A stretch of 64,000 nt of DNA from a virus (lineage: Duplodnaviria > Caudoviricetes): positions 16,938 to 80,937 of IMG/VR virus record IMGVR_UViG_3300048923_000295. One strand, 5' to 3'. Position 1 is the first letter of the stretch. Each line of letters opens with the position of its first letter. The position numbers were made by a program, and so were the translations under genes. The notes beneath the pieces were generated by a model that did no database searches, was not told the origin of the DNA, and saw only the letters and a program-made list of their open reading frames with translations. Of the stretch, positions 52,190-62,792 are shown in pieces.

Positions 52190-53437
52190 GTGAGCTGGAC
52201 GTACACCCCCATCGGCACCTCGGCCGGGGACGTGTGGGGCGCGGCGAACAACAGCCAGCTCTCCACCCTGTTCGGCGCCGTGAACGAACTTGACGCGGGC
52301 GCCGGCATGGTGCGGGTGCCGTGGGCGTCCGGGGACCGCACTTCGGCGATCCAGACCGCCCTGAACGCCGCGCAGACCGCGGGCGGGGGGCTGGTCCGCC
52401 TCGGCCCCGGCAACCACAGCATCAGCGCCTACCTCGACGTCCCGCCGAACGTGAAGCTCGCCGGGGACAGCGACCGGTCGACGACGATCACGCAGACGGC
52501 CAGCAACACCCCCGTCGTCCGGTTGGCCACCGGCGGGAACGCCCTGTCGGACCTGCGGATCACCTACTCGGCGGCGCAGAGCGGCACGAGCGCGGTCGCC
52601 GTCGAGCTGCACAACGCGTTCATCTGCCGCCTGGAGCGGCTGCACATCAGCAACTGCTACACCGGCATAGGCCTCGCGAAAGGCCGCGGCGACACCTACC
52701 TCGCCAGCTGCACCGTGCAGGACATCGAGATCTACGCCTACTCGGGGTACGCCCTCGACCTGGCAGCGATCAACAACACGTCGACCGGCAGCTACTTCGC
52801 GAACGTGTACAGCCACAACAACCCGTCCGCGGGCGTCCGGAACCTCGCAGTTGCTGGGGTCCGCCTCGCGAACATGTCCGACTCGGTGGTCGCGGTGCTC
52901 AACATCGAGCACAGCCGACACCAGGACTCCAGCCTGATCATGTCCTCCTGCGAGGGCGTGAACATCATCGGGCTGCACCTGGAGGGCCTGGAGCCGATCA
53001 CCAACTTCAACGCCCTCGTCGGCCTCTACGGCTCGAACACGTCGGTCTTCCTGGCGAACACGACCGTGGTCGGCTGCTTCCTGACCAGCACGAACATCCC
53101 GAACAGTATCGGGATCTTCAAGATGGACAACGGCGTGCGCTTGGCCGCGCACGGCGTCAAGCAGCGGTCGTGCACCGTCAGCACCCCGGCGTTCCCGATC
53201 CTCTACGGCGGCGCCGACCTGACGACCGCGCTGGTGTGGATGTGGGACGTCTCGACGACTCAGACGACCGCCACGCTGGCAGGGAGCACGACGAACCCCT
53301 ACAAGTGGTGGAACGACCGCGCGCCCACGCTCAAGATCGGCACGGGTAGCGGAACTCCGGGCACGCTGACGAACAACGCCGGCGCCCTCGTGTGGACTAG
53401 CCCGGCCGGGACCGTCACGACGATCGCGCCCGCCTGA
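52190..53437 (+). CDS. right-handed beta-helix (pectate lyase 3-like) tailspike / depolymerase
   Basis: DRTSAIQTALNAAQTAGGGLVRLGPG...VPPNVKLAG...; periodic beta-helix pattern. Confidence 0.8.
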   Translation: MSWTYTPIGTSAGDVWGAANNSQLSTLFGAVNELDAGAGMVRVPWASGDRTSAIQTALNAAQTAGGGLVRLGPGNHSISAYLDVPPNVKLAGDSDRSTTITQTASNTPVVRLATGGNALSDLRITYSAAQSGTSAVAVELHNAFICRLERLHISNCYTGIGLAKGRGDTYLASCTVQDIEIYAYSGYALDLAAINNTSTGSYFANVYSHNNPSAGVRNLAVAGVRLANMSDSVVAVLNIEHSRHQDSSLIMSSCEGVNIIGLHLEGLEPITNFNALVGLYGSNTSVFLANTTVVGCFLTSTNIPNSIGIFKMDNGVRLAAHGVKQRSCTVSTPAFPILYGGADLTTALVWMWDVSTTQTTATLAGSTTNPYKWWNDRAPTLKIGTGSGTPGTLTNNAGALVWTSPAGTVTTIAPA

Positions 53438-56400
53438 TGGGCGCCTACGGCCAAGGCGTCTACGGGCTCGGCACCTACGGCATCGGCGCAGGCGCCCCGG
53501 TGTTCACGGGCGACGTCCGCGACGACTTCGACAACGGGAACGTCGACAACCCTCCCTGGGTGGACGTCGCAGGCGCGTCCGAGGCGGGGAGCACCCTCAC
53601 GATCCCCTGCACCGGGTCGTATGGCCACGTCACCAGCGCGGCCGGGCTGGACATGCGGGGCAGCCAGGTCGCCGTCTCCGTGCTCGAGACCCCGACGGCG
53701 GGCCTGGTGGGGATCGCCCCGGTCGCGGACATCACCTCGACGGTCAGCCAGCTGCGCCAGGGCTCGCTCACGGGTCCGCGGATGGTCCTCGCCGGCATAG
53801 CTCTCTGGGGCATTCAGGACACGATCGTCGGGCCGTCCCCGCTCGGGGATCAGTGGCTCGCCGCGCGGGACCAGATCGCCGCGACGCTACGCAGCTGGGG
53901 CGTGAACTACGTCCGTATCCGCGTCTGGGCCGACTACTGGAACGGACTCGGCGCTACCGATCAGGCCGCCTATGTGGCGAAGGCGGTCGCATGGCGCGAC
54001 GCCATGAAAGCCCAGGGGATCCTCACCTGTTTCTGCTGGTGGGACCCTCTGGACGGCGCTTTCAGCGGCGCACTGTGGGCGACGAACTATAACCGGTCGT
54101 TCGCCCTCATGGCGGCGATCATCAACGCAATCGGTGTCAACGATCCGTGGACGTTCGTCGAACCGGGCAACGAACCGAACAACATGACGGCCGACGCCTG
54201 GTATGCGGCGATGGCGGCGACGATCACCTACCTGCGGTCGACGCTCGGCTATCAGAACCTGCTGGTCATCGACCCGAATGCGTGGGCGCACACCTGGGAC
54301 GACACCAGGTTCACGAACCTTGAGAACCTCGATGCGACACTGACAGCATCCGGCCGGGCAAATCTCATCTTCGCCTGGCATGAATATGCAAACAACTATT
54401 CGGGGCAGACCTGGAACACGTCCACGTTCACGGCTAACACCGGCGGCTCCTCTCAGAAGCACCCGTACTTTATGGGAGAGTGGGGGCCAAAAAACGGCAG
54501 CCTCGCGGACAACGTCCCCTGGGCGTCGGACGCGGCTACCGCCATTGCCGCGCTACCCGCGACGCGAACAAACTTCTGCGGTGGTTCAGCGTTCATTTTC
54601 GGCAACTGGTATGACAACAATGCCACCACGACCGCTGATTTCACGACCACCACCACGTGGGGCACCGCGGCGAAGACCAACTTCTACGCGAACGTCGGTG
54701 GCACCCGGCCGCAGCAGAGCACCACCCAAGCCGTCGTCCAGATCAAAGACGCCGCCGACAACCGGCTGGAGATGCTCGTCGAGGCCGACGCCAGCGGCGC
54801 GCAGGTGCTGACCATGCGGCAGCAGGTCGGCGCCCCATCGGATGTGACGATTCCCTACGATCCGGCGGCGCACCGCTGGTGGCGGATGACCGAGACGTCG
54901 GGGACGATCACCTGGGCGACGTCGCCCGACTCGTCGACGTGGACGACCAGGCGGACCGCGGCAGCCGGGATCACCACCTCGGCCGTGTCCGTGGGCCTGC
55001 TGTCCGGTTACTGGGGGGCCGCCCCCGCGAGCCCGGGGAGCGCCCAGTTCGGCGCGATCAACATCCTCACCGAGCAGGTTGTCGGAGTGCCGTCCGCTGG
55101 CACGGTCGCCGACCTGCTGTGTTTCGTCTCGTTCGACCGGGACCCGCTCGACTGCTCGCTCGCGTCCGGGAACGACGCGACGATGGAGGGCGCGAACAGC
55201 TGGGATCACGCCAACGCCAACACCGTTGACGTGATCGCCGGTGGAATCGTGCACGCCGGCACCGGTGCGACGCAGCTCACCCGCACCGGGACGACCGGGT
55301 CGTTGCAGGAGTTCTGGCAGTCGCCGGTGGGCAGCGTTACCGCGGATCGCTGGTATGGGGCGCTGCTCTACCTGCGTCCGGACAGCACCGCCCGCACCGC
55401 CCAGCTCACGATGACGTTCCAGACCGCGGCGTCCGGCACGCTCACCGCGGTCACCTCGACCGTGCCTGAGATGGTCGGGCAGTGGTGGCCGGTGATGGTC
55501 GTCGGGCTCGCCCCGATCGGCGTGTCCCGGCTCCGAGTAGACCTGACCATCGCGGGCGTCGCGGTCGACGAGGTGCACCGGTACGACACGTTCACCTGCG
55601 ACTACCTCGGCACGCTCCTCGGCCCGGGCAGGGTTCGGGACCACTCGTGGAAACGCGGGAGGAACGATGAGCTCGGCCAGGTGCAGGCGTCGACCTGCTC
55701 GGTGACGCTCAAGAACCAGGACGGCTATCTCACCCCGGACGGCACGACCGCGCCCAGCCCCTACCTGGGCAACGTTGACTCGGGGCGGCGGCTGGTGATC
55801 CTCCGCCGGGTGAACGGGGTCATCTACCCGGAGTGGGCAGGGACCACCGAGACGTGGCAGCAGACGATCCACCCGTCAGGCCGCTGGTCGGAGGTGCAGG
55901 TCCAGGCAACCGACGCGTTCGGCTGGTTCGGCAGGCCGCTACTACCCCCGCTCCCCGCCGAGATCATGCGCGACGCGCCGGACACCTACTTCCGCCTGGC
56001 GGAGGAGAAGGGGTCGACACGAGCGGGCAGCATCGCCGGGGACGGTGGTGTCCTCACCCTCGCCACGTCCAAGTACGGCAGCCTCGGGACCGACTTCGGC
56101 GGGGACAACGCGGCCATCGTCCTGGATACCGGGAAGACAGCCGACGACGGGCAGACCTGGCTGGACCTCAACCCGTCGGCGATCATCAACGGGGCCGGGA
56201 ACGTCCTCGACCTGTCCGCCGTCCCGGCCGCGAACCCCTACGTCACCACAGGCGGGTTCAACGGCTGGACAATGGAGATCTGGGCGCAGCTTCCCGCGAA
56301 CCCACCACCCGAGACGCGGGTCCTTTTCCGGACGGCACGGTACGGCGGCGGCTACGAATACCATTCGGGTATTCAGGTCCAGCATGATGTCGATAGCGGC

Positions 56401-57528
56401 ATCACCGTCCACAGCCCGACGGCCACCCTACTCACCAGCCAGTACGGGTGGCTCGGGACCACCGTCCCCATCGTCCTCGCCTGGAGCCCGACCGGCGGCG
56501 CCTGGGGAACACTCGCAATGCGAATCGCGGGCGACGCCGACGTCCAATCGGTGTCACTGTCTACCAGCCCTTACACGAACGGTATCCCCGACCGCATCTG
56601 GGTCGGCGGCTACTACCAGTCCGGTATCCGAAACCTTCAATACGCATGGCGGACCAGGATCGCGCACATCGCGTTTTGGAAGCGGGCGCTGACCGGCAGC
56701 AGGGTGCTGGCTCATTCGGTGGTAGGGAGGTCCGGGAACTTCTCCGGCGAGTCGGACGGGAACAGGATCGGAGGAATCTCCGACCTGGTCGGCTGGCCGA
56801 CCGCATGGACCCGAGTCGATGTCGGCCTGTCGGAGATGATGAACCGGTCATGGTCGCAGACCACGGCCCTCTCCCAAATCCAGGAGATCGCCAAGCAGGC
56901 CAGCGCCGTTGTCTACATCGACGGCGCGGGGAAGCTGACGATGCGGAACCGGCATTTCCGAGTGAACGCGCCGGTGAAGGCGACGTTCCGCACGGCGGAC
57001 GGCACGCCGATCACCGCCCGTGATTTCCAGCCGAAGAAAGACAGCCAGTTCATCGAGAACAGCATCCGGGTGACGCGGACGAAAGGCGCGACCACCGTCG
57101 CCTCCGACGCGGTGTCGGTCCGCCGCTACGGCCTCAGCCCCGCCGATGACCTCGAAGTCGCCGTCACCTCGAACGAGGAGGCGGTGGCGCTCGGCCAGTG
57201 GAGGGTCGCGACCCGCAAGGACAACAAGGCCCGCGTCGCCAGCCTGGTGCTCCAGCCGGGGGCGCGGCCGGCGCTGTGGCCGATCGTCCTCACCCTCGAA
57301 GTCGGCGACCGGGTCAGCGTCCAGGGCCTGCCGGGTCTCGCCCCGTGGCAGTCCCTCGACGCGTTCGTCGAGAGCATCGAGAGCCGGGCGGACGGCGGGC
57401 CGCGGAACACCTCGTACACGCTCGGCCTGTCGCCATGGTCCGCGGCGCTCCACAAGATGGGCCAGCTCGACACCGGCACGGACCTGTCCCTTCTCGGCGC
57501 GGCGGATTGCCAGCTCGGGTGGTACTAG
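53437..57528 (+). CDS. multidomain minor tail / hub protein with GH5 glycoside hydrolase, CBM-like and LamG domains
   Basis: GVNYVRI, EPGNEPN (acid/base), YFMGEWG (nucleophile); YFRLAE (LamG); C-terminal hub-like IDGAGKL..RNR. Confidence 0.8.
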   Translation: MGAYGQGVYGLGTYGIGAGAPVFTGDVRDDFDNGNVDNPPWVDVAGASEAGSTLTIPCTGSYGHVTSAAGLDMRGSQVAVSVLETPTAGLVGIAPVADITSTVSQLRQGSLTGPRMVLAGIALWGIQDTIVGPSPLGDQWLAARDQIAATLRSWGVNYVRIRVWADYWNGLGATDQAAYVAKAVAWRDAMKAQGILTCFCWWDPLDGAFSGALWATNYNRSFALMAAIINAIGVNDPWTFVEPGNEPNNMTADAWYAAMAATITYLRSTLGYQNLLVIDPNAWAHTWDDTRFTNLENLDATLTASGRANLIFAWHEYANNYSGQTWNTSTFTANTGGSSQKHPYFMGEWGPKNGSLADNVPWASDAATAIAALPATRTNFCGGSAFIFGNWYDNNATTTADFTTTTTWGTAAKTNFYANVGGTRPQQSTTQAVVQIKDAADNRLEMLVEADASGAQVLTMRQQVGAPSDVTIPYDPAAHRWWRMTETSGTITWATSPDSSTWTTRRTAAAGITTSAVSVGLLSGYWGAAPASPGSAQFGAINILTEQVVGVPSAGTVADLLCFVSFDRDPLDCSLASGNDATMEGANSWDHANANTVDVIAGGIVHAGTGATQLTRTGTTGSLQEFWQSPVGSVTADRWYGALLYLRPDSTARTAQLTMTFQTAASGTLTAVTSTVPEMVGQWWPVMVVGLAPIGVSRLRVDLTIAGVAVDEVHRYDTFTCDYLGTLLGPGRVRDHSWKRGRNDELGQVQASTCSVTLKNQDGYLTPDGTTAPSPYLGNVDSGRRLVILRRVNGVIYPEWAGTTETWQQTIHPSGRWSEVQVQATDAFGWFGRPLLPPLPAEIMRDAPDTYFRLAEEKGSTRAGSIAGDGGVLTLATSKYGSLGTDFGGDNAAIVLDTGKTADDGQTWLDLNPSAIINGAGNVLDLSAVPAANPYVTTGGFNGWTMEIWAQLPANPPPETRVLFRTARYGGGYEYHSGIQVQHDVDSGITVHSPTATLLTSQYGWLGTTVPIVLAWSPTGGAWGTLAMRIAGDADVQSVSLSTSPYTNGIPDRIWVGGYYQSGIRNLQYAWRTRIAHIAFWKRALTGSRVLAHSVVGRSGNFSGESDGNRIGGISDLVGWPTAWTRVDVGLSEMMNRSWSQTTALSQIQEIAKQASAVVYIDGAGKLTMRNRHFRVNAPVKATFRTADGTPITARDFQPKKDSQFIENSIRVTRTKGATTVASDAVSVRRYGLSPADDLEVAVTSNEEAVALGQWRVATRKDNKARVASLVLQPGARPALWPIVLTLEVGDRVSVQGLPGLAPWQSLDAFVESIESRADGGPRNTSYTLGLSPWSAALHKMGQLDTGTDLSLLGAADCQLGWY

Positions 57529-58068
57529 ATGGCTCTCATCCCCTCGGCCGTCACATGGCCGGACACGTTCCTGACATCGGTCCAGTTCAACAAGTACGCA
57601 TCGTTCCTGACGTTCCTGGCATACCGGAACGGCGGATTCTGCGAGCTCTCGCAGACCCAGACGCAGGATATTCCAGAAAACACCGACTATCCGATTGTCT
57701 TCCAAAACGAGGAGGTTGACCGCGACGGCGGGCATTCCGACCTCGATAACCTCTCGCGTTACAACGTCAAGACCTCCGGCGTCTACCTGCTGTCGGGCCA
57801 GGTAGCGTTCGCCGCCAACGCGACCGGGTTCCGCGCCGCCAAGCTGATGAAAAACGGCGGCGGCGGCTCCCCCGAGACCCTGGCGACCACGCTGCGGCCA
57901 GCGCAGGCAGGAGGCATCGAGGCGTTCATCCCCGTTGGCTCATGGATCGGCCGTCTCAACGCCGGTGACTATGTCGAACTCCGCGCCCGCCAGAACTCCG
58001 GCACCACATTGAAAACGTCGATCGCGGACGCAGGGTGCGGTATGAGCATCATGTTCCTGGGGGCCTGA
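57529..58068 (+). CDS. minor tail protein (C1q/TNF-like jelly roll)
   Basis: SRYNVKTSGVYLLSGQVAF.ANATG.R...LNAGDYVELRARQNSG. Confidence 0.75.
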   Translation: MALIPSAVTWPDTFLTSVQFNKYASFLTFLAYRNGGFCELSQTQTQDIPENTDYPIVFQNEEVDRDGGHSDLDNLSRYNVKTSGVYLLSGQVAFAANATGFRAAKLMKNGGGGSPETLATTLRPAQAGGIEAFIPVGSWIGRLNAGDYVELRARQNSGTTLKTSIADAGCGMSIMFLGA

Positions 58069-58589
58069 TGGCTACTGTGCCGCCTATTCGCACGTGGACG
58101 AACGAGCTGCTGACCTCCGCGAAGATGAACGAGATCAGCGACATGCTCAACTTCCTCAAATTCAACTCCGGTGGAATCTGCCATGTCCGGCAGACCGCAC
58201 AGCAGGGCATCGCCACCACGACAGACGTCCCGATCACTTTCGGGACGGCCGAGGCGAACGTCGACAGCATGTGGTCGGCGCTCACCCCAACCCGAGTGAC
58301 AGCGAACACGTCCGGCTGGTATGCCGTCAGTGGTGTCGTCACCTTCACTGCGAACGCGACCGGATCCCGGTTCGGTAAGTACAAGCGGAACGGCACTACG
58401 CTGCGGGCCGCGTCGCTCGGCGCCCCGACCGGAGGTGTCGAGGCGTTCCTCGACATGGGTCTGCGGGTCGTGTTCCTGAACGCCACGGAGTACGTGGAGC
58501 TGACCGCCTGGCAGAACTCCGGCGGCACGATCAACACATCGGTCGCCGACGGCGCGAGCCAGCTCTCGGTCTACCGCATCGCCTCCTGA
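58068..58589 (+). CDS. minor tail protein, paralog of 57529-58068
   Basis: TANTSGWYAVSG.V.F.ANATG.R...LNATEYVELTAWQNSGG. Confidence 0.75.
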   Translation: MATVPPIRTWTNELLTSAKMNEISDMLNFLKFNSGGICHVRQTAQQGIATTTDVPITFGTAEANVDSMWSALTPTRVTANTSGWYAVSGVVTFTANATGSRFGKYKRNGTTLRAASLGAPTGGVEAFLDMGLRVVFLNATEYVELTAWQNSGGTINTSVADGASQLSVYRIAS

Positions 58590-58618
58590 TCGCCCCTCAC
58601 CCCCTCCCTGGAGGCGTC

Positions 58619-60193
58619 ATGGTCACCTGGCCGGAGTACTGCGCGCGGGCGGGCCAGCAGCTCGCCGACTGGATGACCTCCCATCCCTGGACCCCGCCGG
58701 CCGACCCGGATCCGGATCCGCCCGTGCCGGTGCCGACCGCGACGGTACGGATCAACTGCGGCGGGCCGGCCGTCACCGTCGGCGGGATCGCATGGGAGGC
58801 GGACCGGGCGTTCACCGGCGGCACCGCGAGCGCGCAGGGCGCCGGCCACTACGGTGCCGACACGGTCATGGAGACCGAGCGGTGGGGGACGTTCTCCTAC
58901 CAGTTGGCTGGCTTGCCGGTCGGGCCTGCGACCGTGCGGCTGCACCTCGCCGACTCGTACGCGGCCGATACCCAGCCGGGCCAGCGGGTGTTCACCGTGA
59001 CGGCGAACGGCGCGCGGCTGGCCGAGGTGGACCCGATCCGGCTCGCCGGCGGGCCGTACCGGGCGACGGTGCAGGAGCTGGAGACCGAGGTGGACGCCTC
59101 CGGCCGGCTCACCGTCGCCCTGACCACGTCCGTCAACGCGGCGTGCCTCCAGGGGCTGGAAGTGCTCTGCTACGGCACCGGCACGCCGACCGACCCGGGA
59201 CCGGGCACCGGCGGCGGAGGGACGGGCACGAAGGCGCGCTGGCTGTCCGGGGGGAACCCGAACAACAACAGCCAGGCGACAGGCCTCCAGTTCGGGGCAT
59301 GGCGCGGGAAGCCGATCACGGCGGCGCTGCACTACCCCGACCGCGACGACGACTGGGGCCCCCTGATCTCCGCGCCGACCTACTGGACCGACAAGACGAT
59401 CACGCTGATCGTGCAGATCCCCCCGTTCCCCAAGGGCAGCTACACCTACGCCGCCGCGGCGAATGGCGTCTACGAGGACCGGTGGCGGCAGCTCGCGCAG
59501 AACTGGAAGGCACGCACCGACGCCGGGTTTCCCGCGCCTGTGTTCTCGATGGGCTGGGAAGCCAACCACAGCCAGATGCACTACTGGGGTGGACCGAAGG
59601 GTTCCGGCGAGAACTCCTGGCAGCACTTCCAGAGCTACGAGGAGTACATCAAGACGTGGCAGCGGTTCTCCACCGTCGTCCGGGCCGTCGACCGGCGGGC
59701 CCGGCTGATCCAGACCTGGAACGGCCACGATAGCCCCGGCTTCAGCGCGGGCGCGTTCCCGGCGAACGACCCGCGGAACATCTACGTGGGGAAGGCCTAC
59801 CTCGACGGCATCGGCGTCGACTACTACGACCACTACCCGCCCAGCTTCGGCGGCACGAGCACGAGCCCGAACCGGAAGGACTTCGCGGCCGAGGCCGCCG
59901 AGGTCAACGGGGTGCGCTGGTACGCGGACTTCGCCTGGTCCGAGGGCCTGGAGTTCTGGGTGCCGGAGTGGGCGTGCAACAGCTCGAACCTGACCGTCGG
60001 CGGTGGTGACAACCCCACGTTCGTCACGAACATGGTCGGCGAGTTCGCGCGGGTACGGGCGCGTGGCCAGTCGGGCGGGGAGTGCTACTACGACGACGAC
60101 GCCCAGCGCATGTCGATCCTCGGGAACACGGCCACGCCGGCTAACCCCAGGGCGGCGCAGGCGTACCTCGCCGCCTACCGCGCCAGTGCCTGA
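58619..60193 (+). CDS. malectin domain plus GH26 glycoside hydrolase
   Basis: VRINCGG...WEADRAF..TERWG.FSY..L.VG..V.LHLA...GQRVF (malectin); MGWEANH, GIGVDYYD, VPEWA (GH26). Confidence 0.85.
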   Translation: MVTWPEYCARAGQQLADWMTSHPWTPPADPDPDPPVPVPTATVRINCGGPAVTVGGIAWEADRAFTGGTASAQGAGHYGADTVMETERWGTFSYQLAGLPVGPATVRLHLADSYAADTQPGQRVFTVTANGARLAEVDPIRLAGGPYRATVQELETEVDASGRLTVALTTSVNAACLQGLEVLCYGTGTPTDPGPGTGGGGTGTKARWLSGGNPNNNSQATGLQFGAWRGKPITAALHYPDRDDDWGPLISAPTYWTDKTITLIVQIPPFPKGSYTYAAAANGVYEDRWRQLAQNWKARTDAGFPAPVFSMGWEANHSQMHYWGGPKGSGENSWQHFQSYEEYIKTWQRFSTVVRAVDRRARLIQTWNGHDSPGFSAGAFPANDPRNIYVGKAYLDGIGVDYYDHYPPSFGGTSTSPNRKDFAAEAAEVNGVRWYADFAWSEGLEFWVPEWACNSSNLTVGGGDNPTFVTNMVGEFARVRARGQSGGECYYDDDAQRMSILGNTATPANPRAAQAYLAAYRASA

Positions 60194-60223
60194 CCGCCGT
60201 GGCATCCATGATCGGGGCGGCTG

Positions 60224-60568
60224 ATGCTGGCGATCTGGGCCGCCGCGGAGACCAGTGGCGCCGACCCGATCGGGACCCTCGCAGCCCAGGGGGCTTTCGG
60301 GCTGGTGGCGGCGCTGGCGATCCTCGGCGCCTACTGGGTGATCCGCCGCATCGAAGCGGGGCACCTGCGGGAGCTGGACGGCCGGGACGCGGAGATCGAG
60401 AGGCTGACGGGCGAAGTCCGGGCGCTGCGGGAGGCGCTCGAGGAGGCGCACACCTACACCCGGGATCGGACCGTGCCGGCGCTCACGGACACAGGGCAGG
60501 CGCTCGTGAGATCCAGCGAGATCAACCGCGAGTACCTGCAAGCCCTGTCGCGGCGGGGGCGGGGGTGA
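60224..60568 (+). CDS. membrane protein (holin-like or lysis accessory)
   Basis: TM then coiled coil. Confidence 0.65.
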   Translation: MLAIWAAAETSGADPIGTLAAQGAFGLVAALAILGAYWVIRRIEAGHLRELDGRDAEIERLTGEVRALREALEEAHTYTRDRTVPALTDTGQALVRSSEINREYLQALSRRGRG

Positions 60569-60765
60569 GCCGGCCGGCCAGCCGGCGGCCCGCGGCGACG
60601 TTGTCGCCGGTGTCGGTGGAGCTCATCGCCCGCATCCATGACGTCCTCGGCCAGGCGGATCAGGCGGCCCGGCTGTTCACCGCGCGGCTGCGCGCCCACG
60701 ACGTCGTCATCGATCAGCTCGCGGCCTACATCAACGACGACGATTCGAGGGGGCACCGTGGCTGA
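60565..60765 (+). CDS. small hypothetical protein
   Basis: GTGA-coupled. Confidence 0.5.
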   Translation: MSRPASRRPAATLSPVSVELIARIHDVLGQADQAARLFTARLRAHDVVIDQLAAYINDDDSRGHRG

Positions 60766-61369
60766 CATCGTGCCGGACGAGCTCCCCGCCGACGGGCCCG
60801 CGGAGGTCCGCCGGCTCCGTGAGGCCGTGGAGCGGCTGACCGCCGACCGGGGAGCTATCCAGCGGAGCACGGACGGCATCACCGCCGGGTTGGATCAGGT
60901 GCGCGCCGAGCTCGCCGAGGTCAACCGGCGGACCGAGCATGCCGAGACCCGCGTCGAGGAAGTCGACGCCTCTGCGCAGACGCGGATCCTCGACGAGGCG
61001 GCGGCGCTGCGCACGCAGATCCGTACCCGGGTCATCGTCGCCGTCGTCGCGCTGCTCGTCGTCGCTGCCGTGGTGCTGGCCGCCTGGGTGCAGCAGCGAC
61101 GCGAGGCCGGGCGATTCGCCAGGGTGCATCAGGGGCTGATCGAGGCGTGCGCTAAGAGCCAGGCGAGCAACGCCGCGCTGCGCACGAAGAACACGAAGTT
61201 GCGCAACGACACGCACGCGCTCGTGCTCGCGGCCGAAGACGTCGACGCGCCGGGCCCGGTGCTCTCTCCGATCGTGGCCTACCTGCGCGCCGAGGAGGTC
61301 GCCTACAACGAGTATCTGTTGGCGATCCCCGCGCCGGTGGACTGCCGGGCCCGGTACGGGGACCGCTGA
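60758..61369 (+). CDS. coiled-coil membrane protein (spanin/LysZ-like or lysis accessory)
   Basis: Coiled coil, one TM, C-terminal region with two Cys. Confidence 0.6.
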   Translation: MADIVPDELPADGPAEVRRLREAVERLTADRGAIQRSTDGITAGLDQVRAELAEVNRRTEHAETRVEEVDASAQTRILDEAAALRTQIRTRVIVAVVALLVVAAVVLAAWVQQRREAGRFARVHQGLIEACAKSQASNAALRTKNTKLRNDTHALVLAAEDVDAPGPVLSPIVAYLRAEEVAYNEYLLAIPAPVDCRARYGDR

Positions 61370-62385
61370 TGGGCGCACCTGTGCTCTACCCGCCGGCCCG
61401 CTACCGCCCGGTCCGCAACCGCTCCGGCGTGATGGTCCAGCCGACCCGGGGTCTGATCGCCCACGTCCAGGTCGGCAACGGCTCCCTGTTCGGCTGGTTC
61501 GACAACCCGCAATCGCAGGTCAGCGCGCATCTGTGGTTGTCCCGGGCGGGCGAGTTCGAGCAGTACGTCCCCTTCGACCAGCGCGCCTGGGCCCAAGCCG
61601 CGGGCAACCCGTACTGGATCTCCTGCGAGTGCGAGGGACGCCCGGACGAGGACTACACCGCCGCGCAGATCCGCGGTCTCGGCCAGCTGTTCGCCTGGGG
61701 CATCCAACAGTTCGGCTGGAAGGCGGAGATCACCGACTCGCCGGACGGCTACGGCCTCGGAACCCACCGAATGGGTGGCGCCGCGTGGGGCGGCCACGAG
61801 TGTCCCGGGCCGATCCGCGCCGGCCGCCGAGGGGACATCCTCGCCGCCGCCCTCGACCTGCTGCACCCCACTCCACCCGCACCGGCCGTCCCGGAGGACG
61901 ACATGCCCAGCCCGAGCCAGTGGACCGCCGAGGACTGGAAGGCGTGGGAGACGCACGGCGCCCTCGCGTTCGCGAACCTGCTCACCGCGCAGATGCGCCA
62001 GCTCGTCACAACGGACCCGGACAGCGGCCAGCAGGTACGGATGGCCGACGTGCACCTCGGCAGCCTCGGCGAGGCGCTGGGTCTGCTCGTGCTGCGGTCG
62101 TCGTTCGCGATGCGCCGCGACGGCGCGTTCCACGACGAGCTCGTCCGCATCGGCGACCACCTCGGCGGAGACGGGCCGCTCGTGCAGTGGACAACGAAGC
62201 TCGCCGGCGACGTGGCGGCGGTCCGCCAGCAGCTCGGCCCCGCCACGCCGGCCGCGCCGCTCACCCTCGACGACCTGTCCGCGGCGCTCAACCGCCTGGA
62301 CGCGCTCGACACGGCCCGGCTGATGCAGGCCGCCGGCGCCCACCTCGCCTCGCTCGTCACCCCGACTCCGTCCGGAGGCTCCTGA
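61369..62385 (+). CDS. endolysin, N-acetylmuramoyl-L-alanine amidase (Amidase_2)
   Basis: GLIAHVQ..., SAHLW...EQYV..D.RAWAQAAGN..WISCECEG, GTHRMG...GHECPG. Confidence 0.92.
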   Translation: MGAPVLYPPARYRPVRNRSGVMVQPTRGLIAHVQVGNGSLFGWFDNPQSQVSAHLWLSRAGEFEQYVPFDQRAWAQAAGNPYWISCECEGRPDEDYTAAQIRGLGQLFAWGIQQFGWKAEITDSPDGYGLGTHRMGGAAWGGHECPGPIRAGRRGDILAAALDLLHPTPPAPAVPEDDMPSPSQWTAEDWKAWETHGALAFANLLTAQMRQLVTTDPDSGQQVRMADVHLGSLGEALGLLVLRSSFAMRRDGAFHDELVRIGDHLGGDGPLVQWTTKLAGDVAAVRQQLGPATPAAPLTLDDLSAALNRLDALDTARLMQAAGAHLASLVTPTPSGGS

Positions 62386-62792
62386 TGCCCTACCTCGAGA
62401 CCGCGCCGGCCACGGCGTCGCTTCCCCTGCCTGCCCGTGAGCCTGCCGCGCTCGCCGGGGGCGCGCAGGCCGTCATCGCCGCGGCGGTGTCCCTGGCCGC
62501 TCTGTGGTGGCCGGACACGCTCACAGCCGGTGTGCAGGCGACGATCCTCGCCGTCGCTGCGGCGGTGCTCGCGCTGGTCACAGGCTGGCGGACCGCGCCG
62601 GCCCGCCTCGCGCTGGTCTACGGGCTGATCCAGGCGCTGGTGCCCGCGTTCGTCCTACTCGGGCTGGACCTACCGCCGGGTGCGGACGCGGCGATCCTCG
62701 CGCTGGCCGCCGCGACGCTCGGCATCGGGCATCGGGGCGAGGTCAGCCCCCGGGCCGCGCTGCCCACCGAGTCGATCCGGAGCCTGCCGTGA
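62385..62792 (+). CDS. holin
   Basis: REPAALAG, four short TM segments, R..VSP C-terminal motif. Confidence 0.75.
   Translation: MPYLETAPATASLPLPAREPAALAGGAQAVIAAAVSLAALWWPDTLTAGVQATILAVAAAVLALVTGWRTAPARLALVYGLIQALVPAFVLLGLDLPPGADAAILALAAATLGIGHRGEVSPRAALPTESIRSLP

Noticed and set aside
58597-60541. 656-aa minus-strand ORF 58571-60541
   Set aside because: Antisense shadow of the malectin-GH26 gene.
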